This document shows, one piece after another, positions 37,113 through 47,440 of a stretch of DNA of 64,000 nucleotides. A program made the position numbers and the translations under genes. Under the pieces are notes generated by a model. It had not been told where the DNA came from. It worked only from the letters and a program-made list of their open reading frames with translations, and made no database searches. Each line of letters starts with the position of its first letter. The stretch's first letter is position 1. Source of the DNA: Bacillota bacterium (lineage in GTDB: Bacteria; Macinerneyibacteriota; Macinerneyibacteria; Macinerneyibacteriales; DSCS01); the NCBI GenBank assembly GCA_011048995.1, contig DSCS01000018.1, positions 138,724 through 202,723 of the forward strand. Direction: 5' to 3'.

Positions 37113-37483
37113 AAAGAGAACCTGTCCTTGTCAGTGCCTGTCTCTTGGGAATTCCGTGCCGCTATGACGGCACTTCTAAAAATCTCAGAGATTTGAAAAG
37201 TGATAAATCCTTTTTCATTCCCCTGTGTCCGGAGCAGTTGGCCGGTTTCTCTACACCCCGCGAGCCTGCGGAAAGAAAAGAAAACGGACGGATCATCCGC
37301 CTCTATTCCGGGGAAGATGTCACAAATGCGTTTCAGAAAGGGGCTCAAGCAGTTGCGGATTACTGCCTGAAAGCGGGGATCATGCGGGCTTTGCTGAAAT
37401 CCAAAAGCCCCTCCTGCGGAGAAGGGGGCGCTACAGCGCTGTTATTGGAAAAGCACGGTGTGAAGATAGAATATATTGATTAA
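37109..37483 (+). CDS. DUF523 domain protein
   Basis: N-terminal VLVSACLLG.PCRYDG and SPSCG motifs typical of DUF523. Confidence 0.6.
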   Translation: MKREPVLVSACLLGIPCRYDGTSKNLRDLKSDKSFFIPLCPEQLAGFSTPREPAERKENGRIIRLYSGEDVTNAFQKGAQAVADYCLKAGIMRALLKSKSPSCGEGGATALLLEKHGVKIEYID

Positions 37484-37499
37484 AAAATGGAGGAAAAAG

Positions 37500-38450
37500 A
37501 TGAAAAACATTCTTGTTTTGGGAGCTTCGGGACAGATCGGTTCCGAGTTGACAGGAGAACTCCGTAAAATATACGGCAGTGATCATGTGGTGGGAGGCGA
37601 CATTAATTTAAATGTCTCCTGTGAACTGAAAGAGAGCGGCCCTTATGAATATATTGATATCCGCGACGGAGAAAAAATCGTGGAAGTCATCAAAAAATAT
37701 AATATTGACACCATTTATAATTTGGTGGCTCTTCTTTCTGCTGTGGGAGAACAAAAGCCTCAATTTTCATGGGAGATCAATATCGGTGGGCTGATGACTG
37801 TCCTTGAAATCGCCCGTGAGCATAAATGCGCCGTTTTCACCCCTAGTTCCATCGGAGCCTTCGGGCCGACCACGCCTCCTGACCACACTCCACAAGACAC
37901 GATCATGCGCCCGACGACCATCTACGGCATCAGTAAAGCCGCAGGAGAATTGTTGAGTGATTATTATTATCTGAAATACGGAGTCGACACGCGAAGTGTC
38001 CGCTATCCGGGGCTGATTTCATATAAAACGTTGCCGGGCGGCGGGACGACCGATTATGCCGTTGAGATCTTTTACGAAGCTATTAAAACAAAAAAATATA
38101 AATCACCGCTTCCCCAAGGCACCTTTCTGGATATGATGTACATGCCCGATGCCATCCGGGCGGCCATAGACCTGATGGAAGCCGATCCGGCACGGCTTGT
38201 CCACCGGAACTCTTTCAATGTGACAGCCATGAGTTTTGACCCTGAAATTTTAGCCGGTGAAATCAAAAAGCATATTCCCGACTTTGTCCTGGGTTATGAG
38301 ATAAATCCTGTTTTAGTCAAGATCGCCAACTCCTGGCCCAACTCCATGGACGACAGCTGCGCGCGCAGCGAATGGGGCTGGAAACCGCAATACGATCTGT
38401 CCGCCATGACAGCGGAGATGCTGGAGAGATTGGGAGAAAAACTGAAATAA
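37500..38450 (+). CDS. NAD-dependent epimerase/dehydratase family protein (L-threonine 3-dehydrogenase-like extended SDR)
   Basis: GASGQIGSEL Rossmann motif and YxxxK (YGISKAAGE). RBS GGAGG before ATG 37500. Confidence 0.7.
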   Translation: MKNILVLGASGQIGSELTGELRKIYGSDHVVGGDINLNVSCELKESGPYEYIDIRDGEKIVEVIKKYNIDTIYNLVALLSAVGEQKPQFSWEINIGGLMTVLEIAREHKCAVFTPSSIGAFGPTTPPDHTPQDTIMRPTTIYGISKAAGELLSDYYYLKYGVDTRSVRYPGLISYKTLPGGGTTDYAVEIFYEAIKTKKYKSPLPQGTFLDMMYMPDAIRAAIDLMEADPARLVHRNSFNVTAMSFDPEILAGEIKKHIPDFVLGYEINPVLVKIANSWPNSMDDSCARSEWGWKPQYDLSAMTAEMLERLGEKLK

Positions 38451-38490
38451 AAAAGAGAGGAAACATCTCTCTGTCTCTTTTTAGGAGCCG

Positions 38491-39849
38491 ATGAAATCGA
38501 GGAATCCGGATTTAAACGATCCTAATCTTTTACGCCTTTTAGCCGGAATGTCGCTTCCCGCCATTGTGGCGATGACGGTCAATGCGCTTTACAATGTGGT
38601 GGACGCTGCATTTGTCGGCCGGGGTGTGGGAACGTTGGGGCTGGCCGGAGTCTCTCTTGTCTTCCCTCTGCAAATGGCCTATTTAGCCCTGTCCCAATTC
38701 ATCGGAATAGGGGGCGGCGCCCTGATCTCCATTGCTTTGGGAGAGAAAGACCGTGATAAAGCGCGGCGTTTAATGGGCAATGTCTGGTTCTTTTTCGGCC
38801 TTCTGGCTCCTTTGCTGACGGCCGCGGGGTTCTATTTCAAAGATGATCTGATCACCCTTTTCGGTGCTACAGGAGAGGTCGTCTCTTATACAGATGATTA
38901 TCTTTCTGTCATTCTTGTCGGAACAGCTTTTACTGTCTTTTCGATGATCATGAACAATATTTTGCGGGCTCAGGGCTATGCCCGCGAAGCCATGCTGTCC
39001 ATGCTTATCGGGGTCTTGATGAACATCATACTTGACCCGATTTTTATTTTTGTCTTCCGCATGGGGACAGCCGGAGCAGCCTGGGCGACAGTGATCGCCC
39101 GTTTTTGCAGTTCCGCTTTTATCCTTTATCTCTACTTGAACAGGAACTATGAGTTTGTCCGGCCCCGGAGAGCAGATCTTTTTCCGTCATTTCTCTTGCT
39201 TTACCGTATTATGGGAGTGGGCCTTTCGTCTCTTTTCCGGCAATCGGCGGCCAGTGTTCTTTTGATCGTCGTCAATAATATTTTGGTGCGGCTGGGAGGG
39301 CAGGGTGATGTGGCTGCTTTTGCGGTCATCAACAGGACGATGATGCTGATTTTAATGCCTGTCTTCGGACTGGCCCAGGGACTCCAGCCCATAATCGGAT
39401 ATAATTACGGAGCAGGACGGATGGATAAGGTCCTTCAGTCCGTTTATCTGACCATTGCCGTGGCTACGGCGGTCACAGCTTTAGGGTTTATATTAGGCGA
39501 ATTCTTTCCGGAAACACTTCTTTCCCTCTTTTCAAACGATAAAGTCTTTGTCTCCGACGCGGTCCTCTATATGAAGCTCTTTACATCGATGTTTCCTCTG
39601 ATCGGTTTTCAGCTCATCATCTCGACCTTGTATCAGGCCATGGGCCATGTGCGTCCCTCTGTTTTCATCTCCCTTTTTCGCCAGATCATTATTTTGATTC
39701 CTCTTTTGATGATCCTTTCCCCCGTTTGTGGCTTGAGCGGAGTATGGGCAGCCTTTCCCCTGGCTGACATTCTCTCTTTCGGGGTGATCTATGCCATGTT
39801 CATTTCCTTCCGCCTGAAATTCGAACACGGCAATTCCTCCCCCTGTTAA
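38491..39849 (+). CDS. MATE family efflux transporter
   Basis: 12-TM protein with an N-terminus typical of MATE/NorM. Confidence 0.85.
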   Translation: MKSRNPDLNDPNLLRLLAGMSLPAIVAMTVNALYNVVDAAFVGRGVGTLGLAGVSLVFPLQMAYLALSQFIGIGGGALISIALGEKDRDKARRLMGNVWFFFGLLAPLLTAAGFYFKDDLITLFGATGEVVSYTDDYLSVILVGTAFTVFSMIMNNILRAQGYAREAMLSMLIGVLMNIILDPIFIFVFRMGTAGAAWATVIARFCSSAFILYLYLNRNYEFVRPRRADLFPSFLLLYRIMGVGLSSLFRQSAASVLLIVVNNILVRLGGQGDVAAFAVINRTMMLILMPVFGLAQGLQPIIGYNYGAGRMDKVLQSVYLTIAVATAVTALGFILGEFFPETLLSLFSNDKVFVSDAVLYMKLFTSMFPLIGFQLIISTLYQAMGHVRPSVFISLFRQIIILIPLLMILSPVCGLSGVWAAFPLADILSFGVIYAMFISFRLKFEHGNSSPC

Positions 39850-39959
39850 CGGCTTGTTCCGGATCTGCCCCTAACCTCCTGTCACAAAAGAGGATAAACA
39901 GGAAAGAACTTGTTAAAAGGGGAGGGATGATGTAATATTCCTGCGGAGAAGGAGTTGAG

Positions 39960-41192
39960 ATGAAAATCTTGCATGTCAAACGAAAATCAGCGGCGTATAA
40001 GGCCGGGTTGCGCCCCGGAGACCGTATTGTCACTGTCAACGGGAATAAAGCCGTCGATTTTTTGGATTTTTCCTTTTGCAGCGGAGAGGAAATTGAAGTT
40101 TTACTTGAAAAAAAAGGGGAACGCCTCTTTTTTTATACCAACGGGGACCTTTCCTTTCCAGAATTTTCGGTTCGCCGATGCAGTAATAATTGCCTCTTTT
40201 GTTTTGTCTCTCAACTTCCGCCGAACCTCAGGCCTTCTCTCTATATTAAGGACGATGATTACCGTCTTTCTTTTCTTCACGGGGCCTATATTACCCTCTC
40301 CAATATGAAGGAAAAGGATTTTAAGCGTATTGAACGCCTTCGCCTTTCTCCGCTTTATGTCTCTGTCCAGGCGGTGTCTCCCGACGTGCGCAGGGCCTTG
40401 ATGCGCTGCCCCGAAGGCTTCGATTTTGAAAAGGCTTTTGACCGCCTGATTCAAGCGGGAATACGTCTTCATACACAGATCGTCCTGGTGCCCGGATATA
40501 ATGACGGCCCCGAATTGGAGAAAAGCGTGGATTTTCTTCTTAAACGCGCCCAAGGCCTTCTTTCTGTGACCCTTGTCCCTGTGGGGTTGACGGCGCATCG
40601 CGAAGGGCTTCCCGGGCTGCGTCCCTTTACCCGGGAAGAGGCCCGTATGACTCTTGACTATTTAGGACAAAAACAAGAAGAGATGAGCAAAAAGGGACGG
40701 GACCCTCTGCTCTATGCTACCGATGAATTTTACCTGATTGCGCAAAAACCATTTCCCCTGACCTATCATCCCGAATTGATCGATAACGGTGTGGGACTTT
40801 ATGCCTCCTTCAAGGAAGAGTTCGACGCTTTGTATCCCTCTCTGAAAGGAAGGGGAAAAGGGAAGCGGGCTTTGCTCACCGGAGTAGACGGCGCCCGGTT
40901 GCTTCTGGAATTTCCGCCCCGGCTACGAAAAAAGGGGATCGAAGCGGACCTGGTCCCTGTAGAGAACACCTTCTTCGGGCCTCAGGTGACCGTTACAGGG
41001 CTTTTGACAGGCCGGGACATACTCAGAGCCGCCGGAGAAGCGGAAAGGCTTTACAGCCATATTCTCGTCCCTGATATTATTTTCAACGAAGAGGGGCTGA
41101 CCCTTGACGGATACTCAAAAAAAGCTATTCTTAAAAATGGAAAAAAAATTAAAATCGTCCCTACATCAGCGAAAGGATGGATGAGCCGATGA
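39960..41192 (+). CDS. DUF512 protein (N-terminal PDZ plus radical-SAM-like Fe-S domain)
   Basis: PDZ-like N-terminus, CxxxCxxC (CSNNCLFC), immediately upstream of and overlapping der. This is the conserved DUF512-der arrangement. Confidence 0.7.
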   Translation: MKILHVKRKSAAYKAGLRPGDRIVTVNGNKAVDFLDFSFCSGEEIEVLLEKKGERLFFYTNGDLSFPEFSVRRCSNNCLFCFVSQLPPNLRPSLYIKDDDYRLSFLHGAYITLSNMKEKDFKRIERLRLSPLYVSVQAVSPDVRRALMRCPEGFDFEKAFDRLIQAGIRLHTQIVLVPGYNDGPELEKSVDFLLKRAQGLLSVTLVPVGLTAHREGLPGLRPFTREEARMTLDYLGQKQEEMSKKGRDPLLYATDEFYLIAQKPFPLTYHPELIDNGVGLYASFKEEFDALYPSLKGRGKGKRALLTGVDGARLLLEFPPRLRKKGIEADLVPVENTFFGPQVTVTGLLTGRDILRAAGEAERLYSHILVPDIIFNEEGLTLDGYSKKAILKNGKKIKIVPTSAKGWMSR

Positions 41193-42529
41193 AAGAAAAA
41201 ACCACATTATCCTATGTGGCCATTGTAGGCCGGCCTAATGTAGGGAAATCCACGTTGTTCAACCGTATCATAAGGGAGAGAAAGTCGATCATCGACGATC
41301 AGCCGGGAGTAACCCGGGACCGCCTTTATGCCCATGCCCGTTGGGAAGAGACATGGTTCGGGCTCATTGATACAGCCGGACTGGTCATGCAGGATGAAGA
41401 CATGTTTGCCAGACATCTGGCGGAAAATGCCGAAATCGCCATGAATGAAGGGGATGTCATCCTTTTTATGGTGGACGGGAAAACCGGCCTTCTTCCTGAC
41501 GACTACGCCATTGCCGATATTTTGCGCAAAAAAAAGAAAAAAGTCATTGTAGTCAAAAATAAAAGTGAAAAAAAAGAGGATTTCGCTTACTTTCATGACC
41601 TTTACGAACTGGGATTCGAACATGTCATACCTGTATCCGCCGCATACGGTGACGGTTTCTCTTCTCTTATGGACCTGTTGATGGAGATGCTGCCTGTCAA
41701 AGCCGAGACCCTGCAGACGGCTGATGATGACATCATCCGCCTGGCCATTGTGGGGCGGCCCAATGTGGGAAAATCCACCATGCTCAACTCTTTTCTGGGA
41801 GAAGAGCGCAGCGTGGTCAGTGATGTGGCCGGAACCACCCGGGATTCCATCGATGCGGAGCTCATGCGGAACAAACGCAAGTATTTGCTCATCGATACGG
41901 CAGGGATACGGCGCAAGAGCAGAGTAGATGAAAAACTGGAAAGCTATATGATCATGCGGGCTTTGAAAAACATAGACCGGGCCCATGTGATTCTTTTCCT
42001 CGTCGACGGACATGAGGGCTTCACCGAGCAGGATGACAAGATCTGCGGCTACGCCCATGAGCGGGGAGTCGGCGTTATTTTGGCCGTGAACAAATGGGAT
42101 GCCGTTGAAAAAGACGAAAAGACCTATTTGAAAGTCGAATCCGAAATACGGCGCCAGGCGCCTTTCTTGAAATACGCTTCTGTGCTTTTTGTCTCCGGGC
42201 TTGAAAAACGCAACCTGTTTAAACTCATCGACATGGCCACGGAGATCTATGAAAGCGCTGCAACAAAGATCTCCACATCGGATTTGAATAAATTCCTGCG
42301 GGAAGCAGTGACAAAAAAGGCGCATCCCATGCGCAAACGCCGGAGAGTTTCTTTCAAGTATATCACACAGGTGGGGCAAAGCCCTCTGCGTTTTCTCATC
42401 TTCACCAATGCTCCCGAACTTGTCCATTTTTCCTATGAACGCTATTTGAAAAATGAATTGCGCAGCCGCTACGGGTTTAAAGGGTCGGACATTAAGATCG
42501 AATTCCGTGCAAACGATTCTAAACGGTAA
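41177..42529 (+). CDS. der: Ribosome-biogenesis GTPase Der (EngA), tandem GTPase domains plus KH-like domain
   Basis: Two G1 motifs GRPNVGKST, DTAG G3 motifs, NKxD, C-terminal KH domain. Confidence 0.95.
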   Translation: MDEPMKEKTTLSYVAIVGRPNVGKSTLFNRIIRERKSIIDDQPGVTRDRLYAHARWEETWFGLIDTAGLVMQDEDMFARHLAENAEIAMNEGDVILFMVDGKTGLLPDDYAIADILRKKKKKVIVVKNKSEKKEDFAYFHDLYELGFEHVIPVSAAYGDGFSSLMDLLMEMLPVKAETLQTADDDIIRLAIVGRPNVGKSTMLNSFLGEERSVVSDVAGTTRDSIDAELMRNKRKYLLIDTAGIRRKSRVDEKLESYMIMRALKNIDRAHVILFLVDGHEGFTEQDDKICGYAHERGVGVILAVNKWDAVEKDEKTYLKVESEIRRQAPFLKYASVLFVSGLEKRNLFKLIDMATEIYESAATKISTSDLNKFLREAVTKKAHPMRKRRRVSFKYITQVGQSPLRFLIFTNAPELVHFSYERYLKNELRSRYGFKGSDIKIEFRANDSKR

Positions 42530-42541
42530 AGGAGGCCATCT

Positions 42542-43129
42542 ATGCTGTATTTCGTCCTGGCTTTTTCGGCTTATCTCATCGGGTCTGTCCCCTTTGCCTA
42601 TGTGATCGTGAAAATCGCGTCGGGGAAAGATATCCGGCAGCATGGCAGCGGCAATGTCGGGGCGACCAATGCCTATCGTCTGGTGGGACTGCCTCTGGCA
42701 ATTTTGACCTTTCTTCTTGATTTTCTTAAAGGATTCGCCGTGGTTTTTTGGCTGGCTCCCGCTTTGATCCCGGAGAAAGCGGCCGCTCTGGTCATCGGAG
42801 CTCTTTTTGTCCTTTTAGGCCATATGTTTACGGCTTTTCTGCGTTTTAAAGGGGGAAAGGGCGCTGCCACGGGCCTGGGTGTCGTGACGGCTCTTTCTCC
42901 CTTAGGGGCGTTAGCCGCTTTTATTCTTTGGGGCATTGTGGTTAAAGTCGGCCGTATGGTTTCTTTGGCGACGATCATGGCCGCTTCCGCAGCCGCCGCG
43001 CTCTCTTTTCTGCTTTATCCGCAGCAGCTGAGCGTCAATATTTTTATTGCAGCCATGGTGCTGCTTGTCATATTCAGGCATTGGAAAAACATTGTCAGGA
43101 TCTGTCATGGAACGGAAAATAAAGTATAA
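42542..43129 (+). CDS. plsY: Glycerol-3-phosphate acyltransferase PlsY
   Basis: GSGNVGATN motif and 5 TM. Confidence 0.9.
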   Translation: MLYFVLAFSAYLIGSVPFAYVIVKIASGKDIRQHGSGNVGATNAYRLVGLPLAILTFLLDFLKGFAVVFWLAPALIPEKAAALVIGALFVLLGHMFTAFLRFKGGKGAATGLGVVTALSPLGALAAFILWGIVVKVGRMVSLATIMAASAAAALSFLLYPQQLSVNIFIAAMVLLVIFRHWKNIVRICHGTENKV

Positions 43130-43445
43130 AAAAAAATATTATAAGATCAGCGAAGTCGCCGCTCTTTTGGGGGTGAGGACTTCCGTCCTGCGTTTTTGGG
43201 AATCGGAGTTTCCTCTTTCTCCGGCCAAGACACCGGGAGGGCAGCGGGTCTATACGGTCAATGACATCAAGCTGCTGTTGAAGATCAAGTACTTGCTGTA
43301 TGAAGAAAAATATACCATCGAAGGGGCCAAAAAAAAGCTGAAAGACAATCAGCGCAAGCTTCCCCTGGAGGAGATGGTTCTCAAAGATGCTTTGCATTAT
43401 GTGCGAAAGGAACTGGAAAGGCTTCTGAATGACAAAACAGAGTGA
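43107..43445 (+). CDS. MerR-family HTH transcriptional regulator
   Basis: YKISEVAALLGVRTSVLRFWESEF matches the MerR HTH. The start is set at ATG 43107, downstream of the ORF-track start, which otherwise overlaps plsY. Confidence 0.6.
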   Translation: MERKIKYKKKYYKISEVAALLGVRTSVLRFWESEFPLSPAKTPGGQRVYTVNDIKLLLKIKYLLYEEKYTIEGAKKKLKDNQRKLPLEEMVLKDALHYVRKELERLLNDKTE

Positions 43446-45912
43446 CATCGATGAATTTTTAGACAAACATATTCTTTCTGTCCAAAAACCCATCCGCTAT
43501 TTAGGCGGAGAGTACGGGTCGGCGAACAAACCTTTTTATTCTTCACTTGAAGAAGGGCTGAACACGGCCCTTGTGTTCCCGGACACCTATGAGGTGGGGA
43601 TGTCCCATCTGGGTTTGAAGATATTGTATGCGCTTCTGAACAACAGGGAAGGGATGATGTGCGACCGGGCTTTTGCTCCTTATCCGGACATGAAGGCCTT
43701 GATGGAAGAACAGGGCATTCCTTTGTTCGGCGTCGAAAGCCGGAAACCTTTAAGAGGTTTCGACGTTGTGGGTTTTTCCCTTCAGTATGAGTTGAGCTTT
43801 CCGACGCTTCTCCAAATGCTCAAACTCAGCGGAATCTCTGTGAAAAGCCGTAAACGAGGTGAAGGCGAACCCTTTATTGTCGCCGGGGGGCCTGTAGCCT
43901 CGAACCCCGAACCGCTTGCTGATTATATGGACCTTGTCTTTATCGGCGATGCCGAGGAGTCTTTTCCCGAAGCTCTGGACCTGATCCGCGCAGGGCGCCG
44001 GGAAAAAATGAACCGACAGGCGATTATCAGCCGGGTCGCTGAATCCGTTCCCGGTGTTTATGCGCCTTCTCTTTATGAGCCCCTGGACGAAAAAGAAAAC
44101 AGCCCGCTCATTCCCGTTCTAAAGACTATCCCGAGACAGGTCGAGCGCCGGGTCGTGGATTTGGATCGTTTCCGTGTCCCTTCAGTGATCCCCGTGCCCC
44201 ACGGGGAGATCATTCATAACAGGGCCAGTTTAGAAATCATGCGGGGGTGCTCACGGGGCTGCCGCTTTTGCCATGCCGGTTTTTTTTACCGTCCCAAACG
44301 GGAAAGGCGTCTTGCCGACCTTTGTCAGGGCGGCATCGCTCTTTTGGAAAACACCGGGTTTTCCGAGATCTCCCTCTCGTCTTTAAGCACCTCCGATTAT
44401 TCGGAGATCCTTTCTTTAGCCCGGCAGCTGAGCCGTTACACACAACCCCGCAAGATAGGGACTGAGCTTCCTTCATCCCGCCTGGATTCTCTGGATATTC
44501 AGTTTCTTAAAGAAATCAGTTCCGTAAAAAGAGGCGGATTGACTCTGGCTCCGGAAGCCGGCACTCAACGTCTTCGGGATGTCATCAACAAAAATATAAC
44601 CGAAGATGATATTCAGAAGGCCCTGTCATTAGCCCGCTCTTTAGGGTGGAAAGCCGTCAAACTCTATTTTATGATCGGGCTTCCCACAGAGACCGATGAG
44701 GATTTGGACGGCATTACGGCTCTTGTCAATCGCCTGGCTAAAGAAAAATGGGCTGTGCGTGTCTCTCTTTCCGTTTTTATTCCCAAGCCCCATACCCCTT
44801 TTCAATGGGAAAAGCCTTTGCAGGGCGAAGAACTGTCACGCCGTTATTCCTATGTCTATACCCGACTGGACAAACGCGTCAAGATGAGCTGGAGAAGTCC
44901 TTTGACAGCCCGTCTGGAAGCGCTTTTCTCTCGGGGAGGGCGTCATCTTTCTGTTCTTCTGGATCAAACCCTGGAGGCGGGGATCTATCTGGACGGATGG
45001 GATGAATATTTTCAAAAAGAAAAGTGGAAAACGCTTTTAAATGAGAACCCGCGTTTAGACGATGAACTGAAAGAACTGTGCGAAGACGCTTTTCTTCCCT
45101 GGGATATTATTCATATCGGTGTCGACAAGGATTTTTTGATTGAAGAGCGCAAGAAAGCCTACGCAGAGCAGACGACATCGTCCTGCATCCCCGGATGCCG
45201 TAAATGCGGCGTGTGCGGAGAGGGGATAGAAGTCATTGAAAGCCGGGGGGATGGAAATGAAAGCCCTGCACTTCGGGATTACCCCGTCGGAAGGGCCGGG
45301 GAGCGCCGTAAATACCGGTTCTGGTTCAGCCGCACCCGGGTTATGCGTTTTCTCTCCCAGAAGGATCTCATCCATGTGATCCAATCCTCCCTTATGCGTT
45401 CAAACAGCCCCATCCTTTTTTCGGAAGGGTTTAACCCTCATCCCCGTATTTCATTTTGTCAGCCGGCTCCTCTGGGCATTGAAACGGAGCATGATTTTTT
45501 TGAATGCTCCATGACAGCGCCTCTTTTGATTTCTCCCCGGGAAATATCACGTTTTTTCCCCGAAGGTATGGATATCAATGCTATCGAAGAGATCACAGAC
45601 GGCTCGAAGTCAAGCCAATTTGTCTTTGAAACAGCGGCTTTCCCTGTCACTGAAAGCCGAAAATCCCGGTTTGGAAAAGACTCCTGGGTTTATTTTGATG
45701 AAAAAAAGGAAAAATATGTTACAATAAAGGGAGTTGTGAAGAAAGAAAACCGCGAGGGGCAGCTTGTTGTTACCTATGATAACCGGGAGGCCTCATTGAA
45801 AAAACTTATTCAATATTTATTGGACGGGGAAGAAGAACCCCGTCAGTTGAGCAACATCAGGAGAACAGGATTTCATAAAGGAGAATGTCATGAAGAAATC
45901 AATCGTTATTAA
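43429..45912 (+). CDS. Fused radical SAM protein (B12-binding-like plus radical SAM, TIGR03960-like) with C-terminal DUF2344/TIGR03936-like domain
   Basis: Radical-SAM CSRGCRFC and an N-terminal B12-like domain. The C-terminal third resembles the DUF2344 partner that is usually a separate adjacent gene. Located upstream of rng, as is typical. Confidence 0.75.
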   Translation: MTKQSDIDEFLDKHILSVQKPIRYLGGEYGSANKPFYSSLEEGLNTALVFPDTYEVGMSHLGLKILYALLNNREGMMCDRAFAPYPDMKALMEEQGIPLFGVESRKPLRGFDVVGFSLQYELSFPTLLQMLKLSGISVKSRKRGEGEPFIVAGGPVASNPEPLADYMDLVFIGDAEESFPEALDLIRAGRREKMNRQAIISRVAESVPGVYAPSLYEPLDEKENSPLIPVLKTIPRQVERRVVDLDRFRVPSVIPVPHGEIIHNRASLEIMRGCSRGCRFCHAGFFYRPKRERRLADLCQGGIALLENTGFSEISLSSLSTSDYSEILSLARQLSRYTQPRKIGTELPSSRLDSLDIQFLKEISSVKRGGLTLAPEAGTQRLRDVINKNITEDDIQKALSLARSLGWKAVKLYFMIGLPTETDEDLDGITALVNRLAKEKWAVRVSLSVFIPKPHTPFQWEKPLQGEELSRRYSYVYTRLDKRVKMSWRSPLTARLEALFSRGGRHLSVLLDQTLEAGIYLDGWDEYFQKEKWKTLLNENPRLDDELKELCEDAFLPWDIIHIGVDKDFLIEERKKAYAEQTTSSCIPGCRKCGVCGEGIEVIESRGDGNESPALRDYPVGRAGERRKYRFWFSRTRVMRFLSQKDLIHVIQSSLMRSNSPILFSEGFNPHPRISFCQPAPLGIETEHDFFECSMTAPLLISPREISRFFPEGMDINAIEEITDGSKSSQFVFETAAFPVTESRKSRFGKDSWVYFDEKKEKYVTIKGVVKKENREGQLVVTYDNREASLKKLIQYLLDGEEEPRQLSNIRRTGFHKGECHEEINRY

Positions 45913-47440
45913 TGTGGAACTGGGGCAGGAGCGTATTGCCCTTTTGGAAGAGGATAAGCTTGTCGAATTTTTTGTGAATATTAATGTGGACAAAAGCCTG
46001 GTCGGGGATATTTATCTGGGATATGTGCAGAATGTGCTGCCGGGGATACAGTCGGCCTTTGTGGATATCGGCCGGCCAAAAAATGCTTTTTTGAATATCA
46101 ACGATATTGAAAATATCGATATTGACGCCGATGAAGTGGACAGTTTCAATACAGAAGCCCAGATCGGAAAAGTCACACGTAACCGCATAGAAGACCTTCT
46201 TAAGCCCAAACAGAAGATCATGATCCAGGTCCTCAAGGAGGCCATGGGGACAAAAGGCCCTAAAGTGACCACCAATGTCTCTATTCCCGGTAATTTCGCC
46301 GTTCTGATGCCCCAGTCACCCAGTATCGGCGTTTCCCGTAAGATCAGAAATAAAGATAAGCGTAAAGTGCTTTATGAACTGGCCAAGAAAAATGTGCCTG
46401 AAGGCATGGGGTTGATTTTACGCACATCCTGCGAGGACTGGCCTGAAAAAGTCATTATCAATGAGATCCGCATACTTGTGAACATCTGGAAAGATATTCA
46501 GGCCAAATATAACAAAGGCAGCAAGCCCGCAATGATCTACAGGGACCTGGAGCCTTCCGAAAAGATCATCCGTGATACTTTGGCGGAAGGGATCGACACC
46601 ATTGTCGTCGACGATAACAAGCGTTATGCTGATATCAAAAAGATCTTTAAGAATATCAAAAATATCAAGACAAAAATCATTCATTATAAAGAGGAGATCC
46701 CGGTTTTTGAATCCTACGGGATCGAAGATGCCCTGGAAAAGGGGATCAGCAAAGTGGTGCACTTAGACGGCGGCGGGACATTGGTCTTTGACGAAGCGGA
46801 AGCCTTGGTCGCCATCGATATCAACACCGGACATTTCGTAGGGCGTAAAAGCCAGGAAGACACAGTCTTTCAAACCAACATGAAGGCTGCAGAAGAGATC
46901 CCCCGACAGCTCCGTTTGCGCGATATCGGAGGCATTATTATTATTGATTTTATCGATATGGAGAGGGAAGACCATCGTAACAGGGTCTTTGAGACATTGA
47001 AAGCCAATCTTAAAAGGGACAAAGCCCAGACCAATATTTATCCCATCTCCAATCTGGGCCTGGTGGAGATGAGCCGGAAACGCGTGCGGCGCAGCCTCAA
47101 AAATCAATTGACTCAATCCTGCCCCTACTGCGGGGGGACAGGGATCATTTATTCTCTGTCGACTTTGGCTTTTAATCTTCTGCGCTCTTTGAAGAAAGCT
47201 TTCTGGCTGACAAATGAGACAGAGTTTCTGGTCATCCTGAACCAGGAAGTCTTCTACTCCATGCTCAGTGAATACCGTGTCGCTTTGGAAGAGCTTCAGA
47301 AGAAATTCAAGCGCAAAGTCTATCTGAGTTATAATGCCGAATTTCATCATCATGATATTAAGATCATGTCTTTGCAGACAAAAGAGGAGATCATTTCGAC
47401 GCTGAATACCTATGATGACGAAAACGAGGTTCTTTTCTGA
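45890..47440 (+). CDS. rng: Ribonuclease G/E family endoribonuclease
   Basis: S1 domain N-terminus, DNase I-like and RNase H-like catalytic core, and the CPYCGGTG zinc link. Confidence 0.85.
   Translation: MKKSIVINVELGQERIALLEEDKLVEFFVNINVDKSLVGDIYLGYVQNVLPGIQSAFVDIGRPKNAFLNINDIENIDIDADEVDSFNTEAQIGKVTRNRIEDLLKPKQKIMIQVLKEAMGTKGPKVTTNVSIPGNFAVLMPQSPSIGVSRKIRNKDKRKVLYELAKKNVPEGMGLILRTSCEDWPEKVIINEIRILVNIWKDIQAKYNKGSKPAMIYRDLEPSEKIIRDTLAEGIDTIVVDDNKRYADIKKIFKNIKNIKTKIIHYKEEIPVFESYGIEDALEKGISKVVHLDGGGTLVFDEAEALVAIDINTGHFVGRKSQEDTVFQTNMKAAEEIPRQLRLRDIGGIIIIDFIDMEREDHRNRVFETLKANLKRDKAQTNIYPISNLGLVEMSRKRVRRSLKNQLTQSCPYCGGTGIIYSLSTLAFNLLRSLKKAFWLTNETEFLVILNQEVFYSMLSEYRVALEELQKKFKRKVYLSYNAEFHHHDIKIMSLQTKEEIISTLNTYDDENEVLF

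Noticed and set aside
41207-42643. 478-aa minus-strand ORF spanning the entire der gene
   Set aside because: It is an antisense shadow frame of a highly conserved GTPase gene. It has no recognisable motifs and low complexity. The + strand der call is unambiguous. Similar long antisense ORFs over tmk (5587-6210), metG (8134-9030), rsmE (14558-15193), the udk-like gene (34367-34984), rng (46763-47446) and nnr (60641-61495) were rejected for the same reason.
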